The notes under the pieces are model-generated. The model was not told the DNA's origin, ran no database searches, and worked only from the letters and a program-made list of their open reading frames with translations. From Polyangia bacterium (lineage in GTDB: Bacteria > Myxococcota_A > Polyangia > Palsa-1104), in contig DASREC010000222.1 in NCBI GenBank assembly GCA_035652295.1, positions 1-52,434 on the forward strand: a stretch of DNA of 52,434 nucleotides. The letters run 5' to 3'. Of the stretch, positions 40,776 through 49,640 are shown in pieces (within the stretch, counting starts at the first letter, position 1; the number at the start of each line of letters is the position of its first letter). Made by a program: the position numbers and the translations under genes.

Positions 40776-42670
40776 GGCGCGCGCTGGTCCGCGCCGAGGT
40801 TGCCGGCGAGATAGGCCTTGGCGATGTCCGCCTCGTCGAGGAAGCCGACGATGCGGCCGGTGGCGTCGACCACCGCCAGCTCGCGCAGCGAGTGCTGCAG
40901 CATGCGCTCGGCGGCGGTGCGCAGGTCGTCGTCGTCGCGCGCGGTGATCGGCGCCTGCATGACGTCGGCGGCGATCGCCACCGCGCCGAGATCTTTTTCG
41001 CCGGCGAGCACGCGCAGCACCTCGGCGCTGATCATGCCGTGCAGCTTGCCCGCCTCGTCGATGACCGGAAACGCGTCCTGCCACGCGGAGGCGGAGACGC
41101 CCTCGACGACCTCGGCGATCGGCGCGGCCGGGCGGAAGGTGATGAACTCGGTGCGCGCCACCATCGCGGCGGCGACCTTCAGGGTCTTGAGCACGTCGGC
41201 GGGCGACTTGGCGGCGTGCAGCGGCGACTGCTCGCGCGTCGGCACCTGCGCGGTGTAGAGCGACTGCTTGCGCAGGGCGACGAAGGCGACGCCCTCGGCG
41301 AGCATGAGCGGGACCAGCAGATCGTAGCTGCCGGCCAGCTCGCAGACGAAGACCAGCGCCGAGAGCGGGACGTGGGCGATGCCGCCGTAGAACGTGCCCA
41401 TGCCGACGAGCGCGAACGCGCCGGCGTCGATGTGCGCGCCGGGGAGGAGGAGCTGCGCCGCGCGGCCGAACGCGCCGCCGAACAGACCGCCCAGCACCAG
41501 CGACGGGGCGAAGTCGCCGGCCGAGCCGCCCGAGCCGATGGTGAGCGACGCGCCGATCAATTTTGCGACGCACAATAAAAGCAGGAGCTCGACGTCGCCC
41601 CACGTGCCCTTGAGCCAGTCGGCGCCGGTGATGGCGGTCTGCACCGCGCCGTAGCCGCCGCCGAGGATGCCGAGCCCCTGGCCGGGGATGCCGATGCGCG
41701 AGCCGATGACCATGATCGCCGGCACCGAGACCGCGCCGAGGAGCAGGCCGCCGAGCGCCGGGCGCGCCCAGATCGGCAGCGGCAAATTGCCGCTCATGCT
41801 CTGAACCCGGCGCAGCGTGGCGACGAACGTGGCGGCGAGCAGCGCCTCGAACAGCGCCAGCAGGATGTACAGCGGCAGGTGCATCGGCACGAACGGGTAG
41901 CGCGGCGCGTGGGCGAACAGCGTCGACTCGCCGAAGATCGAGATGACCACCGAGTAGGCGACCACGCTGGCGAGGACGGCGGGCACCAGCGCCTCGGTCT
42001 CGAAGTCGTCGCGGTAGAGGACCTCGACGGCGAGCAGCGCGGCGCCGAGCGGCGTGCGGAACACCGCCGACATGCCGGCCGCCACGCCGGCGACCATCAG
42101 CACGCGGCGCTCGCGCGGATCGACGCGCAGGACGCGCGACACCAGCGAGCCGAGCGCGCCGCCGATCTGCATCGTCGGGCCCTCGCGGCCGCCCGCGCCG
42201 CCGAAGCCGAGCGTGAAGATCGACGCCAGGCCCTTCACCCACAGCACGCGCTTGCGGATCGCGCCGCCGTGGTGATGGAACGCCTCGATCATCGCGTCGC
42301 CGCCGCCGCCCGCGGTCTCGGGCGCGAGCCGCGTGAGCAGCCCGCCGGCGAGCGCGCCGAGGGCCGGCAGGAACAGGAGCAGCCACGGACGGAACACGCG
42401 CGCGTCCGCGCCCGAGCCGTGGATGATGCGCTCGCCGCTGGCGCGCAGCGGCTGATAGCCGGCGAGCGCCTCGAGCACGAAGAACTGCATGTACTCGAGG
42501 CCGGCGAAGAACGCCGCGCCGATCAGCCCCGCGCCCACGCCGACGAGCGCCGCGTGCAGCAGCGTGCGCCCGACGATGCGCATGTCGAGCGGCGCGCTCT
42601 CGGGGATCAGGCTGGCGAGGATCCGCCCGCCGATCGGCACGCGCAGGAACCGACGAGGGCGCTCGTCCAT
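40772..42670 (-). CDS. ClC-family chloride channel/antiporter with C-terminal CBS pair
   Basis: GREGP selectivity motif, a GxFxP-like GDFAPS, multiple TM helices and two CBS repeats at the C-terminus. Confidence 0.9.
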   Translation of the reverse strand: MDERPRRFLRVPIGGRILASLIPESAPLDMRIVGRTLLHAALVGVGAGLIGAAFFAGLEYMQFFVLEALAGYQPLRASGERIIHGSGADARVFRPWLLLFLPALGALAGGLLTRLAPETAGGGGDAMIEAFHHHGGAIRKRVLWVKGLASIFTLGFGGAGGREGPTMQIGGALGSLVSRVLRVDPRERRVLMVAGVAAGMSAVFRTPLGAALLAVEVLYRDDFETEALVPAVLASVVAYSVVISIFGESTLFAHAPRYPFVPMHLPLYILLALFEALLAATFVATLRRVQSMSGNLPLPIWARPALGGLLLGAVSVPAIMVIGSRIGIPGQGLGILGGGYGAVQTAITGADWLKGTWGDVELLLLLCVAKLIGASLTIGSGGSAGDFAPSLVLGGLFGGAFGRAAQLLLPGAHIDAGAFALVGMGTFYGGIAHVPLSALVFVCELAGSYDLLVPLMLAEGVAFVALRKQSLYTAQVPTREQSPLHAAKSPADVLKTLKVAAAMVARTEFITFRPAAPIAEVVEGVSASAWQDAFPVIDEAGKLHGMISAEVLRVLAGEKDLGAVAIAADVMQAPITARDDDDLRTAAERMLQHSLRELAVVDATGRIVGFLDEADIAKAYLAGNLGADQRAP

Positions 42671-42688
42671 CAGTTGGTTTTAGACCCC

Positions 42689-44245
42689 TTAGTTGTGCTT
42701 GCCGAGATCTTTGAGCACGCGCTCGGCGGCGTTGTGTCCGGCGCAGCCGATGACCGAGCCCGCCGGGTGGCAGCCCGCCGAGCAGGAGTAGAGGCCGGCG
42801 ATCGGCGTGACGTAGGGCAGGCGGTCGGCGAAACCGAACGCGTTGTCGACGTGGTGGATGTGGCCGCGCGTGATGCCGAAGTGCTGCTCGATCTTCTTCG
42901 GGTGCAGCGCGAAGGTGTCGACCACCAGCTCGCTCGTGCCGGGCGCGAAGCGATCGCAGATCGAGAGCAGGTGGCGCACGTAGCGCTCCTCCTCGGCTTC
43001 CCACGACGAGCCGGCGACCTCGTAGGGGACCCACTGCACGAACAGCGCGGAGTTGTGGTGGCCGTCGCGATCGCGCAGCGACGGATCCACCGTCGTGTGG
43101 ATGTACCACTCGATCGTCGGGAACTCGTCGAGCTTGCCCTGCTTGACGCCGGCGAAGCCGTCGCGCAGGCGGCGCATCACGTCCTTCTCGTCGGGGAGCA
43201 GGTGGATCGTCGGGCCGTACTGGCCGCGATCCTCCGGCAGGCAGGTGAACTTGGGCAGGCCGCGCAGCGCCAGGTTCACCTTCATCGTCGTGCCGTCTTT
43301 GCGATAGCCGTCGAGGCGCGCGTTGTAGTCGGCGGGCAGGCGATCGCGGCCAAGCAATTCGCGCATGCGGAACGGATCGGCGTTGGAGACCACGACGCGC
43401 GCGTGCAGCTCGCTGCCGTCGGCGAACGCCACGCCGCGCACCACGCCGTTCTGCTCGAGGATGCGCTCGACGCGGCGGCCGGTCTCGATCTTCGCGCCCG
43501 CCTTGCGCGCCGCCTCGCCGAAGCGCTGCGTGATGGTGCCCATGCCGCCCTCGACGATCATCCACGTGCCGCCCGAGCCGGGCAGGCGGCACATGTTGTG
43601 GATGAGGAAGTTCATGCCGGTGCCGGGCGTGTCCCAGGTGCCGTTCAAGCCGGAGAAGCCGTCGGTGACGGCGTACATCGCGCGCAATAGATCGCTTTGA
43701 AACTCGAAACGGTCCAGGTATTCGCCGACCGGCTTGCGGCACAGATCGATGAACGTCTTTTGCAAGGGCGCGCGCACGTAGCGCTCGGCGGTGGCTTCGA
43801 TCGAGAGCGGCTCCTCCATCCACGTCGGCGCGATGTCGTCGCGGATTTCGCCGATCTCTTTGGTCAGCGCCTGATTGGCGCGGTAGTCGCGCTCGGAGAA
43901 GAACGACGTGAACTGGCGCTTCATCTCCGCTTCGTCGGAGCCGAACAGCAGGTAGCGGCCGTCGGTGGTGGGCAGGAAGTAGTGCGGGTCGCGTCGCTTG
44001 AGCGGCAGCTCGACGCCGGTGCGATCGAGCAGCTCGGGCTGCACCAGGCCGCACAGGTACGCGCCCGTCGAGGTGCCGAGCTCGGGCGCTTTTTTGAACG
44101 GGCGTTCGGTCTTGCAGGCGCCGCCGATGGTCGGCTTCTCTTCGACGACCACGACGTCGAGGCCGCGCCGCGCGAGTTGCAGGGCGGCGACCAGGCCGTT
44201 GTGCCCGGCGCCGAGGAGGATGACGTCCGCCGTTTGCTTGCTCAT
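42689..44245 (-). CDS. FAD/NAD(P)-dependent oxidoreductase, phytoene-desaturase (CrtI-like) family
   Basis: Rossmann motif DVILLGAGHNGL...VVVEEKPTIGGAC. Length and C-terminal motifs fit the CrtI-like amine-oxidase fold. Confidence 0.85.
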   Translation of the reverse strand: MSKQTADVILLGAGHNGLVAALQLARRGLDVVVVEEKPTIGGACKTERPFKKAPELGTSTGAYLCGLVQPELLDRTGVELPLKRRDPHYFLPTTDGRYLLFGSDEAEMKRQFTSFFSERDYRANQALTKEIGEIRDDIAPTWMEEPLSIEATAERYVRAPLQKTFIDLCRKPVGEYLDRFEFQSDLLRAMYAVTDGFSGLNGTWDTPGTGMNFLIHNMCRLPGSGGTWMIVEGGMGTITQRFGEAARKAGAKIETGRRVERILEQNGVVRGVAFADGSELHARVVVSNADPFRMRELLGRDRLPADYNARLDGYRKDGTTMKVNLALRGLPKFTCLPEDRGQYGPTIHLLPDEKDVMRRLRDGFAGVKQGKLDEFPTIEWYIHTTVDPSLRDRDGHHNSALFVQWVPYEVAGSSWEAEEERYVRHLLSICDRFAPGTSELVVDTFALHPKKIEQHFGITRGHIHHVDNAFGFADRLPYVTPIAGLYSCSAGCHPAGSVIGCAGHNAAERVLKDLGKHN

Positions 44246-44307
44246 GGCGCGGTTCTATCACGGGGCCCTGCATAGATCGATGGGCGCGCCCGCGCGTTGG
44301 AAGACGC

Positions 44308-44799
44308 ATGCACAAGCGAGCGCTGCCGATCTTGAACCCGTGCCGCGAAGACTGGGACGAGATGCGTCGCGACGGCGCCGGACGGCACTGCGCGCGCTGC
44401 GATTACACCGTCGTCGATCTGTCGCAGCTCACCGAGCGCGAGGCGAAGCGGGTGGTGGCCAATCGGCGCGGCAAGCTGTGCGTGCGCTACCGCGTCGACG
44501 GCGAGGGCGAGCTGATGTTTCGCGCGCCGTCGCGGCGCGGCTTCGAGCGGCTGGCGGCGGGGCTCGGGCTGGCGTCGCTGGTGAGCGCGGCGGCGCCGGC
44601 GTTCGCGGATGCGTCGATCCCGGCGCACGGCCCGGCGCAGTCGGGGCGCAAGCTGGCGACCGCGGCGCAATTCGCCGTCGCCGCCAACGCGCCGGCCGCG
44701 GCGCACAACCCCGGCACCGTCGAGGTCGAGGTGGCGACGCGCCCGATGCCGCGGCTCAAGCCCGAGCCCGAATATTTCATGGGCGACGTGTCACAATAG
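44308..44799 (+). CDS. Cys4 zinc-ribbon-like membrane protein, paralogue 1 of 4
   Basis: MHKRALPILNPCREDWDEMRRDGAGRHCARCDYTVVDLSQLTEREA..CVRYRVDGEGE, a hydrophobic segment, an Ala-rich tail and ..YFMGDVSQ. GGAAGA lies upstream of the ATG. Confidence 0.7.
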   Translation: MHKRALPILNPCREDWDEMRRDGAGRHCARCDYTVVDLSQLTEREAKRVVANRRGKLCVRYRVDGEGELMFRAPSRRGFERLAAGLGLASLVSAAAPAFADASIPAHGPAQSGRKLATAAQFAVAANAPAAAHNPGTVEVEVATRPMPRLKPEPEYFMGDVSQ

Positions 44800-44803
44800 C
44801 CGG

Positions 44804-45307
44804 ATGCACCGGCGCCAGCTGCCGATCGCCTCGTCGTGCCGCGAACGCTGGGACGCGATGACGCCCGACGGCCGCGGCCGCCGCTGCGCGCACTGCTCCA
44901 CCACCGTCGTCGATCTGTCGTCGCTCACCGAGCGCGAGGCGCGCCGGTTGATCGCGAGCGGTGCGGTCACCTGCGCGCGCTATCGCTTCGACGACGACGG
45001 CGAGGTGCGCTTCCGGCCCGAGCCGCCGCGTCGCGGTCTCGAGCGGCTGGCGGTCGGGCTCGGCGTCGCGTCGCTGCTCGTCGGCGCCACGCCCGCGCGC
45101 GCCGACGTGTCGACCGCCGATCGCGGCCCCGAGCACGCCGGCGAGCACGTCGCCAACGGTGCGCTCGCCGCCGTCTCCCCCGCCGCCGCTACGGCGCGCA
45201 CGACGCCGGCGAATCCGCACGCGCGCCAGGCTGCGCACGCTCCGCGCAAGAAACCAGAGCGCTCCGACAGCGACGCCATGGGCCTCCTCGTCAGTCCCCA
45301 GTTCTAG
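44804..45307 (+). CDS. Cys4 zinc-ribbon-like membrane protein, paralogue 2 of 4
   Basis: MHRRQLPIASSCRERWDAMTPDGRGRRCAHCSTTVVDLSSLTEREA..CARYRFDDDGE, a hydrophobic segment and tail ..AMGLLVSPQF. It starts 4 nt after the paralogue 1 stop. Confidence 0.7.
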   Translation: MHRRQLPIASSCRERWDAMTPDGRGRRCAHCSTTVVDLSSLTEREARRLIASGAVTCARYRFDDDGEVRFRPEPPRRGLERLAVGLGVASLLVGATPARADVSTADRGPEHAGEHVANGALAAVSPAAATARTTPANPHARQAAHAPRKKPERSDSDAMGLLVSPQF

Positions 45308-45340
45308 ATCCGCCGCGCCGCCTCGCGCGTTCAACGCAGC

Positions 45341-45880
45341 ATGGACAAGCATCACCTGCCGGTCGCGCAGCCCTGCGGCGAAGCGTGGGACGCCATGCGC
45401 CGCGAAGGCGACGGCCGCCACTGCGCGTCGTGCGCCACGACCGTGGTCGATCTCTCGGCGCTCACCGAGCGCGACGCGAAGCAGCTCCTCGAGCGCGCGC
45501 GGCGGAGCGCATGCGACAGCATCTGCGTGCGCTACCGCGTCGACGGTGAAGGCCAGGTCGAGTTCCGCTCGCCGCCGCCGCGCCGCGGATTGCGCGAGCT
45601 GGCGGTCGGGCTCGGCCTCGGCCTCGCGTCGCTGGTCGGCGGCGCGGGCGCGGCGCGCGGCGACACGTCGATCGCGCCGTGCGGAAACGGCAGCGGCGAG
45701 CAGCACGCGAGCGCGCAACCCGCCGCCACGTCGTCGACGAGGAAGCCACCGGTCGCGGCCGCCAACGACGACAAGTCCGAGCACGCGCAGCGCCCGTCGC
45801 CGCGGCCGCGCCACGTGGTGATGGGCAAGATGCAGATCCGCCACGAGGACCTCGACGAGATCCTGTCGCCGAAGCCCTGA
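45341..45880 (+). CDS. Cys4 zinc-ribbon-like membrane protein, paralogue 3 of 4
   Basis: MDKHHLPVAQPCGEAWDAMRREGDGRHCASCATTVVDLSALTERDA..CDSICVRYRVDGEGQ, a hydrophobic segment and tail ..VVMGKMQIRH... Confidence 0.7.
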   Translation: MDKHHLPVAQPCGEAWDAMRREGDGRHCASCATTVVDLSALTERDAKQLLERARRSACDSICVRYRVDGEGQVEFRSPPPRRGLRELAVGLGLGLASLVGGAGAARGDTSIAPCGNGSGEQHASAQPAATSSTRKPPVAAANDDKSEHAQRPSPRPRHVVMGKMQIRHEDLDEILSPKP

Positions 45881-45881
45881 C

Positions 45882-46361
45882 ATGCACCGACGCGCGCTAC
45901 CGATCCTCTCGCCCTGCGATCAAGACTGGCGCGCCATGCGCCGCGACGGCGACGGGCGCCGCTGCGATCGCTGCGCCACCACCGTGATCGATCTCTCGGC
46001 GCTCAGCGAGCGCGAAGCCGGCCGGCTCCTCGAGCGCGCGCGGCGCGGCGGATGCGACAGCGTCTGCGTGCGCTACCGCGTCGACGGCGACGGCGAGATC
46101 CGGTTTCGTCCGGCGCCGCCGGCGCGCGGCGCTCGACTGCTGGCCATCGGCCTCGGCCTGGCGTCGCTCGTCGGCGCGAGGACGCCCGCGTTCGCCGACA
46201 GCTCGATCCCGCCGACGAGCGGCTCGGGCGGCGCCGGCCATCCCTCGCGCGTGCGCCCGTCGCAGCCGCGGCCCGACGCGCGGCCGCCGAACCCGCCCGT
46301 GCGTCCGCCCAAGCCTCCGATCGAGGAGGAGCTCATGGGGAAGATCGCGCTGACGAAGTGA
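45882..46361 (+). CDS. Cys4 zinc-ribbon-like membrane protein, paralogue 4 of 4
   Basis: MHRRALPILSPCDQDWRAMRRDGDGRRCDRCATTVIDLSALSEREA..CDSVCVRYRVDGDGE, a hydrophobic segment, a Pro-rich spacer PPNPPVRPPKPP and ..ELMGKIALTK. It starts 1 nt after the paralogue 3 stop. Confidence 0.7.
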   Translation: MHRRALPILSPCDQDWRAMRRDGDGRRCDRCATTVIDLSALSEREAGRLLERARRGGCDSVCVRYRVDGDGEIRFRPAPPARGARLLAIGLGLASLVGARTPAFADSSIPPTSGSGGAGHPSRVRPSQPRPDARPPNPPVRPPKPPIEEELMGKIALTK

Positions 46362-47982
46362 CCGCGCGCGCGACCGTCGAGCGCCCCGCGCGCTCCTCGG
46401 CGATGAAGCGCGCCGCGCGCCAACCGATGAGCATGCTGGGCGCGTTCATCGCCGACACCGGCACCACCGGGATCACCGACGCGTCGGCGACGCGCAGCCC
46501 GCGCACGCCGCGTACCCGCAATTCCCCGTCGACGATCGCCGCCTCATCGTCGCCCATGCGGCACGTGCCGGCGAAGTGGTACGTGGTCATCACGTTCTTG
46601 CGCACGAACTTCTCGAGCTGCTCGTCGCTCGCCGTGCGCCGCCCGGGGATCAGCTCGCGGTTGCCCCACTCCTCCAGCGGCGGCGCCGCCGCCACGCGCC
46701 GCGCCAGCTTGACGCCCGCCACCAGCGCGTCGAGATCGGCGCGCACCGCGAAGTAGCGCGGGTCGAGCAGCGCCTGGTCGCGCACGTCGCGCGAGCGCAG
46801 CCGCACCGTGCCGCGGCTCTCGGGCTTGCCGAGGATCACCACGATGCCGTACATGCGATCGACCAGCCGCTTGACCGGCGCGAGCGCGAACGCCGCCTTG
46901 ATCGCGCCGCGCAGCGCGCCGCGCACGCGCGCGAAGCGGTACAGCGATTGCGGCAGGATCATCGTCGGCAGCATGCGAATCACGCCTTCGCGAAACGACG
47001 ATTTGGCCGAGTAGAAGACGTAGCAGGTGTCGGCCGCCTCCTGCGGCAAATTGCCGCTCGCGCGCGCGCGGTGGAAGCCGTAGAGCTGCGCCCAGGTGCA
47101 GTCGGTCGGCTGCTTGCCCTTGAAGAAGATGCTGACGTTCGGGTGGTCCATCAGGTTCTCGCCGACGCCGGCGCGATCGGCCACCACGTCGATGCCGTGC
47201 TCGCCGAGGTGCGCCGCCGGCCCGACGCCCGAGAGCATCAGCAGCTTGGGCGTCTCCAGCGCGCCGGCGCACAGGATAATCTCGTGGCGCGCGCGCGCGG
47301 TGCGCACCGTGCCCTCGTGCTCGTACTCGACGCCGACGGCGCGGCGCTCGGCGAACAGCACGCGCCGCGTGACCGCGTGCGTGACCAGCGTGAGGTTCGG
47401 CCGCGCGCGCCCGCCGCGCAGGAACGCGACGTACGAGCTGCGCCGCTCCTCGCCGGCGAAGTTCATCCACTCGTAGCCGAGGAAGCCGCTCAGCGTGCCG
47501 TCGTTGAGATCCTCCTTGCGGCGAAAGCCGCTCGCCTCGGCGGCGGCGATGCACGCCTCGGTGAAGCGCGTCGGCGGCTGGCGGTGCACGTCGAGCTCGC
47601 GCTCCAGCTCGACGAAGTCGGCGGTCACGTGCGGCCAGTCCCAGCCGGCGACCTTCCACATCGCGTAGTCGATCGCCGAGCCACGCGTGTAGACCATCGC
47701 GTTCACCGAGCCCGAGCCGCCGACGCCGCGGCCGGTGCCCATGAACAGCTGCGCGCCCGAGCACTCGGCTTGCGGCACCGAGAAGCGCTCCCAGATCACG
47801 CGATCATTGATGAAGGCTTTTTTGTAGCCGTCGGCGCGCAGCGTCTCCGGATTCTCCTCGGCGGCGCCGCCGGCCTCGAGCACCAGCACGCGCACCGACG
47901 GATCGGCCGACAGCCGGCCGGCGACGATGCAGCCGGCCGATCCGGCGCCGACGACGATGTAATCGAACTCGGGATCGCTCAT
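46333..47982 (-). CDS. GMC-family FAD oxidoreductase (choline-dehydrogenase-like)
   Basis: MSDPEFDYIVVGAGSAGC Rossmann start, GMC signature regions, and a C-terminal HxxGTCRMG-like FAGTCRMG. Its 3' end overlaps paralogue 4 by 29 nt (convergent). Confidence 0.9.
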   Translation of the reverse strand: MSDPEFDYIVVGAGSAGCIVAGRLSADPSVRVLVLEAGGAAEENPETLRADGYKKAFINDRVIWERFSVPQAECSGAQLFMGTGRGVGGSGSVNAMVYTRGSAIDYAMWKVAGWDWPHVTADFVELERELDVHRQPPTRFTEACIAAAEASGFRRKEDLNDGTLSGFLGYEWMNFAGEERRSSYVAFLRGGRARPNLTLVTHAVTRRVLFAERRAVGVEYEHEGTVRTARARHEIILCAGALETPKLLMLSGVGPAAHLGEHGIDVVADRAGVGENLMDHPNVSIFFKGKQPTDCTWAQLYGFHRARASGNLPQEAADTCYVFYSAKSSFREGVIRMLPTMILPQSLYRFARVRGALRGAIKAAFALAPVKRLVDRMYGIVVILGKPESRGTVRLRSRDVRDQALLDPRYFAVRADLDALVAGVKLARRVAAAPPLEEWGNRELIPGRRTASDEQLEKFVRKNVMTTYHFAGTCRMGDDEAAIVDGELRVRGVRGLRVADASVIPVVPVSAMNAPSMLIGWRAARFIAEERAGRSTVARAVTSSARSSP

Positions 47983-48058
47983 CGGCGGCAAGTTATCGCC
48001 GGCCTCGACAGAAGTCGAACGCATTGAATAGCGAACGCGCGGTGCCGTCGGAGCGCGC

Positions 48059-48589
48059 ATGGCGGGTCACCGAGCGGCGGCGCGGGCGCTGGCCTGCGCG
48101 ATGGCCGCGTGCGCGCTCGACGGCTGCGCGGGCACGTTTGCGATCGCCGGCCGCGGCTCCACGCTCGCGCCGCTCCCGCCCGATCCGAGCGGGCCGTGCC
48201 TGCAGCAAGTTGCCGCGCGCCGTCGAGGCGTGTGGCTGTGGCGCGACGGCGTGCTGGTGCCGCACAACGATCTGATCGTCGCGACGCGCGAAGACCCCGA
48301 GGCCAATCGCCTCGCGCGCGGCGCTCGTGCCCGCGATCGCGCGCTGCTCCCGCTGTGGGGCGCCACGCTGCCGCTGTTCATCACCAGCCTCGCCACCGGC
48401 GCCGCGCTCTCGGCGACGGGCCCGCCGCACAACGACAACTTCTTCATCGGCTGGGGCATCGGCGCGACGCTGTTCGTCGGCAGCAGCGTCGCCATGGTGG
48501 CGCTCGGGATCAGCGGCAGCCATCGAGCCGAACGCGCGCGCGCGACGTACAACGACTGGGCGCGCGTGCACGGCTGCACGCCGCCATGA
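48059..48589 (+). CDS. Hypothetical lipoprotein-like membrane protein (tandem paralogue 1)
   Basis: Shares PDPxGPCxQ..RR..G.WLW..GVLV.H, ARARDRALLPL, two hydrophobic segments and Y.(D/S)WA..HGC with the next gene. High GC3. Confidence 0.55.
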   Translation: MAGHRAAARALACAMAACALDGCAGTFAIAGRGSTLAPLPPDPSGPCLQQVAARRRGVWLWRDGVLVPHNDLIVATREDPEANRLARGARARDRALLPLWGATLPLFITSLATGAALSATGPPHNDNFFIGWGIGATLFVGSSVAMVALGISGSHRAERARATYNDWARVHGCTPP

Positions 48590-49161
48590 GCCGGCGCGCG
48601 ATCACGCTCGCGCTCACGCTCGCGCTCGCCGGTTGCGCGCCGATGGTCGATCTGCCGCAGCCGACTTCGCCGTTCAGCTACCGCGAGCCGCCGCGCGTGA
48701 TCGAATCGCCGACGCCCGATCCGAACGGCCCGTGCGTGCAGCGCGCCAGCCGCCGCCACGCCGGCACGTGGCTCTGGAAGCACGGCGTCCTCGTCGAGCA
48801 CCGCCGCGGCGTCTCGAGCGGCCTGGTCGCCGCCACCGCCGACTATCCGCCCGCGAACGCGCTGGCCCGCGCCGCCCGCGCCCGCGATCGCGCGCTCCTG
48901 CCGCTGTTCATCACCCACGGCGCGCTGCTCATCGGCACGTTCTCGTCGCTGATCGCGCTCGACGTCGAGCGTCCCGACGACGGCCGCGCGGTCGGCCTCG
49001 CGGTCGGCGTCGGCTTCGGTCTCATGGCGGTGAACGTCTCGACGCTGCTGGCGCTCGGCATCGGCGGCGCGCACCGCGAGCAGCGCGCGCTCGACGTCTA
49101 CAACTCGTGGGCCGCCGATCACGGCTGCAGCGATCCGCCGGCCACCTCCACCCGTCGCTGA
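48586..49161 (+). CDS. Hypothetical lipoprotein (tandem paralogue 2)
   Basis: Classical lipobox MSRRAITLALTLALAGC. ATGA overlap with the upstream paralogue. Same motif order as that gene. Confidence 0.6.
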   Translation: MSRRAITLALTLALAGCAPMVDLPQPTSPFSYREPPRVIESPTPDPNGPCVQRASRRHAGTWLWKHGVLVEHRRGVSSGLVAATADYPPANALARAARARDRALLPLFITHGALLIGTFSSLIALDVERPDDGRAVGLAVGVGFGLMAVNVSTLLALGIGGAHREQRALDVYNSWAADHGCSDPPATSTRR

Positions 49162-49190
49162 AGATCGGGCCGGCGGCGTAGAATCACGGC

Positions 49191-49640
49191 ATGGAATGCA
49201 AGATCTGCAACGGCTCGATCAGCGGCCTGTCGAGCGATCCGGCGTGGCAGGAGTGGGAGCGCGCGAACCGCATCTGCTTGAGCTGCCGCGGCTCGTTCGG
49301 CCTGTCGACGCTCGCGCCGCCGCCGGTGCGGCCGCCGAGGCCGTGCGCGCGCTGCGGCCACACCGTGCTCGTGCGCGCGCTCTTGCGCGAGCGCGTCGGC
49401 GAATGGGCGCGCCTGTCGCCCGCCGGCGTCAGCTATGCGTGCCGCCGCGAGAGCTCGTTCTGGACCGGCAAGCACGCGAGCGCGCCCGACAGCGACGCGC
49501 CGCTCGGCGTGCTCGACGCGTTCGTGTGCCGCGGCTGCGGCTTCGTCGAGTGGTACGCGCGCGACCCGGCCGCGATCCCGATCGGCCCCGAGTACGGCAC
49601 CGAGCTCGTCGACGTCGGGACGCAGGCGCCCTACCGCTGA
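49191..49640 (+). CDS. Hypothetical double zinc-ribbon protein
   Basis: 149 aa with high GC3. CxxC pairs are C3/C6 with C29/C32, and C52/C55 with C113/C116. Confidence 0.6.
   Translation: MECKICNGSISGLSSDPAWQEWERANRICLSCRGSFGLSTLAPPPVRPPRPCARCGHTVLVRALLRERVGEWARLSPAGVSYACRRESSFWTGKHASAPDSDAPLGVLDAFVCRGCGFVEWYARDPAAIPIGPEYGTELVDVGTQAPYR

Noticed and set aside
40776-44315. The upstream 1180 codons of the 1428-aa ORF 40029-44315.
   Set aside because: Only the last 248 codons (the Sir2 motifs) look real. The remainder is an off-frame read through the ClC and oxidoreductase genes, which have their own well-supported frames.
44308-46361. The idea that the four zinc-ribbon membrane proteins are ZAS-type anti-sigma factors.
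   Set aside because: The H-x3-C-x2-C ZAS motif is absent (these proteins have R-H/R-C-x2-C plus distal Cys), and no ECF sigma gene is adjacent. The architecture is only superficially similar.
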